Positions 1 through 11,965 of a stretch of DNA of 64,000 nucleotides are shown here, piece by piece. Source of the stretch: Hydrolagus affinis (taxonomy: Eukaryota); assembly GCA_012026655.1 (NCBI GenBank), contig JAAILG010000005.1, positions 124,001 through 188,000 on the forward strand, read 5' to 3'. Below the pieces are notes generated by a model. The model did no database searches. It had not been told where the DNA came from and saw only the letters and a list, made by a program, of their open reading frames with translations. Position 1 is the first letter of the stretch. Every line of letters starts with the position of its first letter. A program made the translations under genes and the position numbers.

Positions 1-269
1 GGCCAAAAAAGACTATTTGAAGGAACTGCATTAGCTTTACTTATCTGTCTAGTTGATGAGTCACTTCATTCTTCCGTCAAAGGCTTTAGGTTTTCTTGGG
101 TGGGAACTATATGGGTATATATCAGATTGGGTATGTTAATGCAAAAATGTTAAATTGCAGGACAAAAACACTGGGAAGCTAGATGTAATGATGTCATATT
201 TTGGTTATATCAATGGCCTGAATTTGTAAGCACATTCCTTATAATGAATTACACATTCATACATTGCAA

Positions 270-490
270 GATGAGCTTTCTCAAGCAGAGAATGGTGAAA
301 ATCCATGCAGGAAGCTTTGGTTGAAGCCAAGCTTGTCAATGTATTTAAGGGGAAACGTGATGCATACATGAGGGGAAAGGAATAGAGGAGTGTTAGGAAA
401 GGGAATTAGTAGCCGTGGGTAGCTCATGTGGAGTTTTAACACCGGCTGAACCCAAAGGCTTGTTTCCGTGCTATAAAACTTTAATTCTAT
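270..490 (+). mobile_element. CR1-type LINE 3' end fragment, decayed
   Basis: Contains the typical CR1 3' terminus pattern (TTTAAGGGGAAA..GATGCATACATGAGGGGAAAGGAATAGAGG..GGCTTGTTTCCGTGCTATAAAACTTTAATTCTATG). Family assigned from recalled consensus. Confidence 0.65.
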
Positions 491-903
491 GCAAAATACG
501 AAAGAGAGACCTCAACTTGTATACAATAAATAATGGATCCTCTGATTGTTTGGCATTAAATTGAAGTGTGCTGGGTTTCTTCGTATCATTTCGAAGAACT
601 GAACTTGCGCAGCTTCATTAGAAAGCAACTACTTCCATATTTTTCCATTGATTGGTAGTATTTTGGGGGAGATTTTACAGCAGGCAGCAGTAAAAAAAGA
701 AGCTTTTGTGCTTGTGGTGGATTCAATCCAGGCTACAATAAACACCTATATGGAGTTCGGACTCTGCATCAACAGCTTGCGTTAATGCAGAATTCCAGCA
801 GTAATTAAGAAGCAATTAATCTCGGAATTAAATGGTCAGAATGGGAAGAAAACAGCCAAACTGCAATTTTTAAAATCTTCTGGTGATAAGCAGTACTTAC
901 ATT

Positions 904-940
904 ACCCATGTCCATGTAATTACATTACATAGACATGGGT
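904..940. repeat. 17-bp inverted repeat with 3-nt loop
   Basis: ACCCATGTC-C-ATGTAAT [TAC] ATTACAT-A-GACATGGGT: 16/17 complementary. Confidence 0.9.
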
Positions 941-1144
941 CTTAACGTTATATAAAAATATTATATACATTGTATCCCACTGAAATCTCACTCACAACAG
1001 CAGCAGCTTAATCGGAATGAAGGAATTACCAGGGTATCATCCCTTCAGAAGGAAGGTGATAGCCCCAAATAGCCTTTTCTTGTTTCAGGTTCCCTTAGAA
1101 TAACAGTACTGTACTTTCATTTGATTTAGCTAGAGCAGCAATGA

Positions 1145-1353
1145 TAATAATAATAATCCTTGCATTTGATATGCAATGCTGACTTTTGTATTTTCCATTT
1201 TTTTTTAGGTTTTTTTAAGTCAATTACATACTTGTCTTTGATGGTATTATATTTTGGACTGTTGAGTTCCAGGCAGTGTTGGATACAGTGAGGAAGAGAG
1301 TGCGCCCTTAACAAGAACAATCCTTGCATTTGATATCGCGCTTTTCACGTCTT
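1145..1353 (-). mobile_element. Two very short 3' tail fragments of the (ATT)n-tailed SINE (1145-1173, 1318-1353)
   Basis: Both contain AATCCTTGCATTTGATAT, the reverse complement of the SINE tail seen in the full copies at 13781 and 54562. Confidence 0.75.
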
Positions 1354-1419
1354 CAAGTCCCAGCAGGATAAAAAGATGGACAGCAAATAATTTTGTGGAT
1401 GTTATATTTAGATGGTACA

Positions 1420-1670
1420 TAGTACGGCCAGAAATGACAGTGGTGTGGACACATGTCTCGCTAAATCGAACCTGGTGAACCTTTCTATACCAGGAGAATA
1501 GAAAGACTTGGTTGAAATTATAGGGAGGTACCTGAGGGGAAAAGCAGCAGATTTCTCATAACCTACTGTGATCTCCAAAAAGACTAGCTCTACATTTGAG
1601 ACACTGGGTTCCAGCACAGGCTGCAAGCGATCTACAGCCAGGAGACGCCGTGTGCAACATTCTGCCACTG
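1420..1670 (+). mobile_element. RTE-clade LINE ORF C-terminal relic
   Basis: Read through stops it gives QWCGHMSR...YREVPEGKSSR...YCDLQKD, resembling the RTE motif RWxGHVxR...YGELxxGKRxxG...YxDxxKxD. Confidence 0.55.
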
Positions 1671-1959
1671 GGCATTCTGTGCAGATGTTTTACATAGATA
1701 CAAAGCAGCAGCTTTTCTGTTCCTAACAGAAACAGCATCTGGCTTAAATGCTGGTAACTCACTTGTGCAGCTCTAGTGCATGGAAATCGTGCATGGAATT
1801 AACAGTTCGAAAACATGGCATATTGATTCGATTCCACAACATCATAGTTCCCTCAGTAGGCCATGACCATCTCTATATTTTCACGTTGTGTGAGGCAATA
1901 AACAAGGTGTTTTTTTCCCCGCAGTTTGTCAGATAATATTACAGCACGTGGCAGATTGT

Positions 1960-2150
1960 GTTGTTCAAGCTCATTTGGTAGCATTCTCACCTCTGGATCG
2001 TAATGTTGTAGGTCCATACACCCCACATCACTCTACCAGGTCACTACAGTGTTGAGGCAACTCTGCGTTATCAAAGATGCTAACCTTGGAAAAGGTGCTA
2101 AAGCAAGTGGTCCATCCTGAAGGTTCAAGTGGCTGATTAAATATCCTACA
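1960..2150 (+). mobile_element. Old DeuSINE/SacSINE1-like SINE, 5' part
   Basis: GCTCATTTGGTAGCATTCTCACCTCTG head followed by a degenerate Deu-like core; resembles 23117-23500. Confidence 0.5.
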
Positions 2151-2289
2151 GTTAGTTTCCCATGAAACATTCACTATAAAATGTGGCTGAGCAGTGCAAG
2201 CTCAAAGCAAATCATGCTGGAACTTAACTGTCCAGATCATCTTGAGGAGGAGCTTTTGGAAGCACATTGACTTGCAACTGTAGTAGTAT

Positions 2290-2350
2290 ACAGTGCCTTG
2301 CGATGTCCTCCCGATGTGAAAGGCGCTACACAAATGTAATGTTATCATTG
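2290..2350 (+). mobile_element. L2/SINE 3' tail
   Basis: GATGTCCTCCCGATGTGAAAGGCGCTACACAAATGTAA; a near-identical tail occurs at 23513-23550. Confidence 0.6.
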
Positions 2351-3009
2351 TATACATGCAAGGGTGTATATGCCTTTTCAGTAGATTCCCACTGCTACAA
2401 TGTAAATGCATAGAATGAAAAATAGTTCTACTTAGAATAGGTTTCTAACATGGAATAAGGCAAGGTTTGGAGAGAAAAAAAAAGTGTTTATTTGTTCTTT
2501 TAGTGTTTAGAATGTCTATTTACTAGGTGTCCCAAAGTTCCTCCAAAGATATTTTATGTGTCAAAGTCATTGTACAATTTGAATGCACAGTAGGTTTGTC
2601 CACAGAGCTGTGCAGACCCCTGGCATTAATGCATGGTTGAGGAATGAATTAATTTGCTCGGTTTGGGGTCCTGGGTTCAAATGGCCTGAAGGGGAAACAT
2701 GGGGCCCTACCTTGACCAATGGTCCCAGTGGTCAGTGCTGCTGTCCTTGCCCTACTTCAGTTAGGTCACTATGGCTTATTTCCCCTCCTGTGGTGGTCTA
2801 GGTGGTTAAGCATTAAGTGTCAAGCGTGTCTCTAGGAAGGAACCTCAGACAGCCTGGCATTTCCTCAGTTCCAGGCAAAGGCCCCACACCGTGATCTGAG
2901 CTCTTATTCTAGGCTGCCTCTCCAGTGGAGCGCTGAGGAACTGCTGCATTGAATGGTCTGTCCCAGAAAGCTGCAGAGACAGAATCAGTAGGAGAAATAG
3001 AACTGATAC

Positions 3010-3165
3010 TGAGAGAAATAGACTGATACTTGGGTAGTAGAGATGTTAAGAGGTACAGCGGAAAGGCAGGCATTAAAATCAAAAGATCTGCTAATATCCA
3101 GTAAACTCCTGGAACGGTTTGATGGGCTGAATAGCCTTCTCTTTTTCTCCTGTGTTTGTAACATC
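3010..3165 (+). mobile_element. CR1 3' end fragment
   Basis: GATGGGCTGAATAGCCTTCTC terminal motif, homologous to the reverse complement of 10120-10140. Confidence 0.6.
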
Positions 3166-4289
3166 ACAAATTTACATGGAACAGGCTGAGAGAAGAGAGC
3201 AGCTGGGTAGGTAGTGTTGCCGGATGTCACAGGGATAAGGAGTGTGGTAGATCCAATAAATAAGCTGCAGTTTACTCCTTGTAGGATGGAAATATATTTT
3301 GCTCTATTTCTTCCTTAGTATCCAGTGATTCAGTATTGTTCGCGGGTCCTTTAGAATTCAGGGAGAGAGGAAAGTCAAGTTACTTTAGTGTTTCTGGAGT
3401 GTTATGGGGATTTAGACCTAGTGTCTAATTTGGAGGTAGCATTTTTGGTCCAGTTTAATTTATCTGCTAAATACTCGCAGGGCGGATCTGGTTTCAGTAA
3501 ACATTCTATCATACTATTCTAGTTAGTTCCAGTTTTGGCTCCCCACCACCCACCCCCTCCCCCGCACACACCCATTTTGATAAAACATTTTCTCTTGCAA
3601 AAAAAAGGTCAAAGGTTATGTCTGTTACTTGTCAATAATATCGGTGTCTTTTGAAAAATTCTGGCTCACATTTGACTCTGGATTGGATCACCATTTATTT
3701 AATAATTGTTTGCAATAAGTGTTCAGAAATTTGCGGAGTGCCCAGAAGGTGAGAGACCCCAAGACGAGCCCCATTCTCAGAAGTAAGGCCACTTGATAAT
3801 ATCATAAGTAAAAGATTTAAGATGCTCGTTGTTGTCAGGCTTCAGGAAATAATCAACAGTAACCTGGCAGTCACAACACTGCTGACTTCTGCATGCTAGA
3901 GACATCACACTGACTGGTTGAACATCCCTCTCTGGCCATAAACAGGATGGGATCAGCGTATCAAAGAATAACCTTCAGGGCCAACACAACTTTTGTTGGA
4001 GCAATGTTGTGTCAGTTAAGTTGCACTGCAGATGCATTAGTTGTCCTGCACAGTGGTTGAAATCAATATACGTGCTCTTGAAACATGTACATACTGCATT
4101 AATATACCTATTAATAGGGATGTTTCAAATGGAAAGCGAAAGGGAGAAATCTGCATTAATATTCTCAAGTCTGAGTGCTGTTTGTGCTGAAGGTGTGGAT
4201 ATCGCTGCTGCACAATTAACACCCTTTCTCACTTTTGCCATCCAGGATCACTAAACACTCACATTGGTCCTTTACAACTCACTATACAC

Positions 4290-4800
4290 TATTCAATCTA
4301 CTCTAATCACAGAAGAGTGAATTCCTTTTACCATTTCCAATATCATTAACCTGACTCTTTGAGTCAGCTTAATGATTTAGTAGTAAATCATGAGCTGTTT
4401 CACTGTGGACTTGTATTGACTTACTGGCCTTAAATAGCATATATCCAATCCTACTGTCTTTCATTTTGCTAACAATGTCCATGAAGCTAATCCATGTCTT
4501 TGACCTTTTCCTTCACTGAATAACTAGGCTTTGGATTGAGTTTTCTCTCTATAACTAAGGATGCTGAAGTCAGTGTTCGCATATCTACCATCACTTTGGT
4601 CAAGATCATCTTGCACAACATTGAAAACAAATCTTTGTTGGTCTGTTCAACAAGCTGGGCAATGTCTTTACCCATAGTCACAGTCAGTCAGTCATCAGGC
4701 ATCTCCACTCACTGCTAGTGATTCTATTTTCATGAAAACGGTTGTGGTTTCTGAACAATGTTGAATCACTGTTACACTCAGCTGCTTCCCTTTGATCCAC
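4290..4800 (-). mobile_element. Highly decayed RTE-like reverse transcriptase fragment
   Basis: Minus-strand translation QLVEQTNKDLF..ILTK..D resembles RTE RT 'RQLxEKxxExNxxLYxxFxDLTKAFD'; there is an upstream ESQxGFRxxRS-like remnant. Frameshifted. Confidence 0.4.
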
Positions 4801-5160
4801 AATCTTCAAAACACTGGGCAACAAAACTACAAAGCGAACACTTTGCAAAAATAAATGGTTGCTGAAAATAAAAAGGTCTCTCTGTACACTCACCTCATTT
4901 TGTGGTGTGATGGCTCATTCCTCTTGCTGTTCCTGACCACTCCTTTTCCATGGTGTTCTCTCCCACAAATGTCCCAATGCCCAGCTTGTTCCTTCAACCC
5001 TGAACCAGCCAAACCATTATCCTCAGCGAGCCCTGTAACTCTTTCCCTACACAATTTTGGTATCTTTTCCTCTCAGCCTTCCTCTGCCCCCCACACCCCA
5101 CCAACCAAAATAAATTCCACACATTCTTGCTTATAATACTTAATATATATAATACTTAGA

Positions 5161-5379
5161 ATAATATATAATAATATAATAATAATATAATAATATAATA
5201 ATCATCCTTGCATTTGCGCTTTTCACATCCTCTAGATGTCTCAAAGCTCTTCACAGGACATACTGTAAAGTGAATTGACTATATATTTATGGGTGAATTG
5301 TGGCAGCCAATACCCTACAAATAGTTGTGACCAAATTCAGTGACCAAATTAGAATTTTTTTTGTTGAGGGATTATTATC
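5161..5379 (-). mobile_element. 5'-truncated (ATT)n-tailed SINE with expanded tail
   Basis: ATCCTTGCATTTG..CTTTTCACATC..TACTGTAAAGTGAATTGACT..GAGGGATTATTAT matches the full copies. Confidence 0.85.
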
Positions 5380-5519
5380 CCTGGAAAAGCGATCCACCAA
5401 TCGAGTAAATTACATAAATCAACTGTGAGTATTGCATATTTGACCAGCCTCTTCTTTCACCACACAGAACGGAAGATAAAATTGTACGACAACTGGGCAG
5501 AGCTTTTGAAACGACGGTG

Positions 5520-5545
5520 ATAAATAAATAAATAAATAAATAAAT
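5520..5545. repeat. (TAAA)n microsatellite
   Basis: About six TAAA units, directly visible. Confidence 0.9.
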
Positions 5546-8500
5546 CACTATGTTTATAAAATACTGTATATGGACCTGACTTTATCCATAACCATGTAAT
5601 ATAACAAATAGCGCACTTATATCTATTTATACAATGTAAAGATATGACTAAACAGAATATTTACATGTTGCTTATATCTGATTCTATAAACTGTGGCATC
5701 ACACCACCGAACTCTGTGTTGCTCTCTGTATACCACACAGGAAGGGCAACAAGAGGCAAATTGTATTCCACAGAAACCACATTTGTAAATTGGGATTAAG
5801 CACTCCACCCTGTTCAATCATTTGATGAGAAATTCCAAAAAAGATGGAAACAGTCTTCTGGAATAAATGTTTCTAGCTTAGTAATTAACAGATAAAACAT
5901 TGTAATGAAAAAAACAAGAGATTATTCGCACAATCCTGGGAGAAGATAGAAACCATTGTTCTGAAACTTTGTCAAAATGGGAAAATTGCAAGCACTAGGA
6001 GACATTCTGTTAGATATACCCTGTTTTTGTAGAATTTCAGAGCGTTCAGAATTTGGAGAGTGATTGAATTGAATTTCAACTTCTCTTAAAAGAACGTACA
6101 GAAAAACAGGTTCAAAATTCAGGCTGCCACTGGATTTAACCATTTACCAGGATCTGGATACTCTGAAATACTGTGTTAAATAGAGTAAGTCTAGATCCAG
6201 GTGGAATTTCTTACCAAATATCTTCACTGGAAGGCAATAAAAGGAAACAGATTCCTTGAAAGTAATGTAGAATCTACGATACTTCAAAATATGTGATGGT
6301 GCTTTGAAAAGCTGCTTCAGCTTTAGAATAAGAATTATGAACAAAACCACTTAATGTAACTCTATCTAGGCCACCTGCTCAAGTAAACATATATCTATTT
6401 GAAATCTATCTGCAGAAATCAAATTGATGACGCCAGGCTCAATCCTTTTGTTAAGGTAAGACTTAACCTTCTGATGCCTGGTTCCTAAACCTCACAAGAA
6501 GATCAGACTATGTTTTCAGCTCCATCCAAGATCAAATGCATTACAGTCGTGTGTCAAGGCTACAAGCAACTTGAAGAGTTAAATTAATCTGACATGATGG
6601 GAGTTTTCATGTGTGTTGAGGGTGGATTCAATGCACACTACATAAAAACTGAAGAAATAAAACTGCCCTCCCGTGTTCTTCGGCAATAAAAGGAGACTGG
6701 CTACAGACAATGTGTTCCCCATCTGGATTAAAAAAACAGCAACAAAATAGTTTATACTCTAATTGCAGGAAATATGCAGGTTGAAGCACATTGGCTAATT
6801 GTTGAAACTGAACCTTACTGTGAATTCTTGAAAGAAAATAAAAACAAACTTCTAATAAGGGCCTGTGTTTTTGCCCCCTCAGGAGGCAATCCTGAGGGAG
6901 GGAAGTAAAAGTTTACTTTTAAATACAATTTGGAACCCTGGAACTTGGCACAATTCGAGGTTGGTTTTTAATTGCTGCAGATTAGATTTGACTGTTTCTC
7001 GAGTCTCTGGTCTCTATATGGCAGGAAAAATGGTGACCCAACCTATGTACGTCAGGCCCACTGTCATGCTGCAGCACAGCTAGTATTGGGCGCAAGAAAA
7101 CTACAACAGGTAAATAAGATAAAATCCTTGGTGGTTGTTACCAACATCTTACACCTTATTTAGCGCTTTCATCTGACACAATAAATAACTTAAACAGCTT
7201 GGAAGAATGAGATGAATTCAAAATTAAGTGAATATTTCCATGAAGGCAAATGTCTAGTGCCAGCAATGTCCGACACATGCACAAACTTACAGGCATACAC
7301 GACACACAAACAATGACGCCAATTCATTAGAATTTGGTTGGAGGAAGGAGAATTTGAATGAGAGAATGTAAATCAGGATATACAGAAGGACACTCCACCT
7401 GAATCTGAAATAGCTCCATCTCTTAAGTAGCTCTCTATGTGTGAAAGAATGGTGTTTATCACAGTGGGTGACCAGGACTTTACCCCACCTCCATCCCCCC
7501 CATTCATATTGTGCTCAAATAGACAGAGAGCAAAGTACTCCTTCCATCTGGGTACAAACAGTGAAAAAAAAAGGCCCAAGGAGAACAGAAGACCAAGATT
7601 TATCTTCTAAATTATTTTTCTTCATTGGTGAACCTAATTGGATTTATTTTTTCTATGGTTTAATTTACAGTGGAGTGCAATGTCCTGTTTACAGTATGGC
7701 CCCGTTGCTTTAACCCCGAGACTGCACTCCCCAGCTGGTCATGTTTTCAAAAGTCTAGGGCTCGCAAGTTGTGATGTTACTGTTTATGTTACAGCAGAAA
7801 TGCTCATGGGCTTTGAGGCATTGTTTTTTATAACTGAAATCCTATTAAAATGTAGGAGCTCTAAAACTATTCAGCTCGTCTGGTGAATTAGTAAATCACT
7901 GCATGGGTTTAACTGTGAAACATGTAGCTCTGGAAGATCCCAAATTCAATCTCAGATAGACTTGACACATCTGACCGCAGTATTCCTGAACTAGGAGCAA
8001 TAACTGAGATCAGTCAGTGTCTCTGCTCAAAAATGTAAGCGTTTGGATGTGAGGTTTGACAGCAATTTATCTGAAAATAGAATAATAATAAAAATAATTC
8101 TTGCATTTGGTGTAGTGCCATTCACATGGGGAGGATGTCTCACAGCGCTGTTTTACTATTTATCAAATCCAGTACTACAATTCAAGCCTGATCGATGAAG
8201 TTTGACAGGCCAGGTCAAACAGTGAATCTCCTTTCAGCCACGCTTTCTGATTACAAAGGTCCCATCAGCAGTGTTGCCCAGGAACAGGTGAACCAAAATA
8301 AATCATCACCTCGGAGGCAGCCCAAGGGTTAAACTAGGCTTGGTTTTCAAATCATGTGGGTAAGTCTCATTTATGCTGCTGGCTCTCAGTGAAGCAGCTC
8401 CACAGGCATCTTTTTTTTGGCACATGTGTACTTTAAAAAGAAATTATACAGCACTTAGTATAGAGCAGATGTGGCCGCAAGATCCCCAAATCATTTATAC

Positions 8501-10091
8501 AGTACAGTGTTGCCTCTAAGTTGGTCCTTTCATAAAGAAAAACTACCCCAGAGGTGGTGTGCTCGAAGCCAGAATCAATTCATACTGTAGTACTAAGGAC
8601 AGGATGGCAGATATTTTTTTTACAACGTAAAGGAAAAGTATGTGTGTGAGGTGGAGGTACAGAAGGAAACAAAACAAGTAACCAAGATAAGTAAGCAGGG
8701 GCCTCATCGCAATGGAGGCTGTCCAACTGTTCTCTGAACAGAAGCAATAAGAACTGGTGCTAGCAGAGAATTCTGTGAAGATCAGAGGCCAAGTCAAGAG
8801 GCAAGTTTTGTGCAGTGAAAGGAATTTAATTTTTATATATAATATATATATGCAAAATATATCTATATACATAAATATATCCTAGTAGAAATTGATTTAG
8901 CTCTATTTATGTGATTCTCACAAAGTCACAAGTCTCTTTCTCCAAGAAAAAAAAATCTCAGGGACATGTGGAAAAGCAATTGTAACACTTTACGTTTTCT
9001 ATTTCAAAGAATAACAAAAGGGTGAAAGAGTAAAAAGGTGCGGTGTAGCAGAAATAAACACCGTGAAATTTAAGAAAATCAAATGGAATTCTTAACTTGC
9101 GTACGTGTCTGGTCCTTACAATGTATCAAATATATTTACTAATTCTCAGTCACTTGGATTTAAATAGTCTCTGCGGCTATATTAAAGCATCATTAAAGTC
9201 AGTGCATATTCATTCCTAAATGTAGAGTTATAGATATAAAATCAAAAGCCAGGGCTCCTTAGTTGTAATCAAAATAACTGTGCTGTTCCTATTGTACATT
9301 GATTCTACAGAATCAGAACAAATTATGACCACAAAATCTGGATCTACTGTACTTTGTAAAGAACAGCTCCCAGGGTATTACATGCCTGCAGTGATGGGCT
9401 AAGGGTCATTTAATTAGCAAAGCAAACCAACTTAATGCTTAGTGAAATATACTAGTCAATTTTATTGGGATAAGAGCAAATTTTGAGAGTGTATTTGAAG
9501 GAGGTCACTGCACATTATTGGTTTCAGAGGCCATAGCTTTTTTGACGAGCAATACCACTTCATATTCACGTTCTGGTTTGATCGAGAACTTGGCTTCGAA
9601 ATTGGCTATTGTGAGATTACCGCAAGAACTCATTAAATCAAAAAAACTCTGAAATCCAAACACTTCACTTACAAAAGCCGTGCATCTGGTACTTAAAGGT
9701 TGCACAGTATTCTGGGCTGTTCAACAGCTGGAATTCTGCATTCTTATTCAGGTTGAACCACAGCAACTGGGACTCGAAATACCGGTTACATCATCAAATA
9801 CATATTTCTGAGGATTACTTGGTTTATTTTTGAGCGGATCTGTTTATATTTTAGCTTTACAACTTTGTCTATTTGCATGCTCTAGTCATCAATTTCTTTG
9901 CGGTTCCTCCCTACATTGCATGTGTTTTAGCTGAGGGTTCCATCAGTTTTGGGTGCGAGGTGTTGGACGATTTGCCAGCCAGCTTCCAGAATTACATTTC
10001 TCAAGTCGCCCATTAAATGTTGGAAAAGACCAGCAGGAGTGTTGAAAGAATGACATTGACAAAATTCAGCAGCTCTGTTGGAGATAGGCAA

Positions 10092-11965
10092 ACCATAAGA
10101 CCATAAGAATTAAGAGCAGGAGTAGGCTATTCAGCCCTTCGAGCCTGCCCCGCCATTCAATAAGATTATGGCTGATCTTCTGACCTAACTCTAATTACCC
10201 TGCCCCATCTCCATATCCCCTAATCCCTCTATTTTAAAAAAAAATCTATCAGTCTCAGCCTTGAAAATGTTCAGGGACTGAGCATCCATAGCCTTCTGGG
10301 GGTAGTGAATTCCATAAATTGTGAAGTGAAGAAATGTTTCCTCAACTCCGTTCTAAAAGGCTGACCCTTAATTTTAAGACTGTGACCCCTGATTATAGAT
10401 TCTCCTACCAGGGGAAACAGTCCCTCAGTGTCTACTTTATCCATCCCTTTAAGAATCTTATATGTTTCAATAAGATTCCCCCCTAATTCTTCTGTACTCT
10501 AGAGAATACAGCCCTAGTTTATTCAACCTATCTTCATAGGTCAGTCCCCTCTTCCCAGGAACTAACCTCGTGAATCTACGCCGCACCCCCTCTAAGGCAA
10601 GTATGTTCTTTTTTAAATAAGGAGACCAAAACTGCACAAAATACTCTAGGTGCGGTCTCACCAAAGCCCTATACAGTTGCAGCAAGACTTCCTTCCTCTT
10701 GTACTCTAAACCTTTTGAAATGAACGCTAGCATGTCGTTCGCCTTCTTAGTTGTTTGCTGCACCTGCAAACTAACTTTTTGAGACTGGTCACCCAAATCC
10801 CTTTGAATACTAACACTATCTCCCCCTCTAGAAAATAATAATTTTTTTTTATTTTTGTTACCTAGGTGAATAATTTCACACTTCCCCACATTAAATTCCA
10901 TCTGCCACCTACTTGCCTACTCCCCTAGCCTATCTATATCTTGTTGTAATCTTTTTGCATCATCCTCAGAGCTCACTCTCCTACCTAGTTTAGTGTCATC
11001 CACGAATTTAGACATGTTACATTCAATGTCCTCATCTAGAGCATTGATGTAAATTGTAAATAGCTGAGGCCTAAGCACTGATCCTTGTGGCACTCCACGA
11101 GTTACATCCTGGCAATTCAAGATTGACCCATTTATCCCTACTCTCTGTTTTCTACCAGTTAGCCACTCATCTATCCATGTTAATATGTTCCAATTAATCC
11201 CATGGGCCTTGATCTTGTGCAACAGCCTTTTTGTGTGGCACTTTATCAAATGCCCTCTTAAAATCTAAATATACCATATCTTCTGATTCCCCTCTATCCA
11301 AACTGCTGGATACATCTTCAAAAAACTCTAAAAGATTAGTCAAGCATGACTTCCCGTTTGTAAAGCCATGTTGGCTCTGCCTAATCTTTTTGTGGTTTTC
11401 CAGGTATCCCATAATGACGTCTTCAATTAAGGACTCAAGAATTTTCCCTACCACTGATGTCAGACTAACTGGTCTACAGTTCCCCATATTTTCTCTCCCA
11501 CCCTTCTTAAATAGTGGAATTACGTTCCAATCAATGGGGACTTTTCTAGTATCCAACAACAACAACAACAACAACAAATTACATTTATAGAGCGCCTTTC
11601 AAATGTGTGAAATTTGAAATTCTCTATCCAGAGAATTTTGGAAGATCATAGACAAGCCATCCACTATCTTGGTAGCCACCTCCTTTAAAACTCTAGGATG
11701 CAGGCCATCCGGTCCAGGGGATTTATTGGTTTTAAGATCTGCCAATTTATCTAAAACCATTTCTTTACTAATATTAATCTCCTTAAGTTGCTCGCTAACA
11801 TTGTCTTCTTGGTTCCCCTCTATTTTTGGTATGTTTCCAGTGTCTTCTACGGTGAAGACATTAGAAAAATACTTCTTTAATGACTCTGCCATGTCTTTGT
11901 CCCCTATTATAATTCCCCCTGTCTCTGCCTGTAATGGACACACATTCACCCTTGATAGCCTTAAG
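10092..11965 (-). mobile_element. 5'-truncated CR1-clade LINE (ORF2 reverse transcriptase, pseudogenised)
   Basis: ORFs 11599-12171, 11194-11577, 10917-11249 and 10467-10901 give consecutive CR1 ORF2 motifs: KSPGPDGLHPRVLKE, RPVSLTSVVGKILE, QHGFTNGKSCLTNL, YLDFKRAFDKVPH, GVPQGSVL, KFVDDTKL, LYRALVRPHLEY. Frameshifts, a stop and FADD->FVDD are present. The 3' end has an 8-bp tandem repeat (ACCATAAG x2, 10092-10107). Confidence 0.95.
11556..11624 (-). mobile_element. Tiny L2/SINE 3' tail inserted in the CR1, with 6-bp TSD (TATCCA)
   Basis: Minus strand reads GAAAGGCGCTCTATAAATGTAATT(TGT)n. TATCCA flanks it at 11550-11555 and 11625-11630. Removing the insert restores CR1 ..IFQNSLD|TRKVPIDW. Confidence 0.85.

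Noticed and set aside
4425-4442. GGCCTTAAATAGCATA also found at ~30866
   Set aside because: An isolated AT-rich 16-mer match is expected by chance in 64 kb and does not extend.
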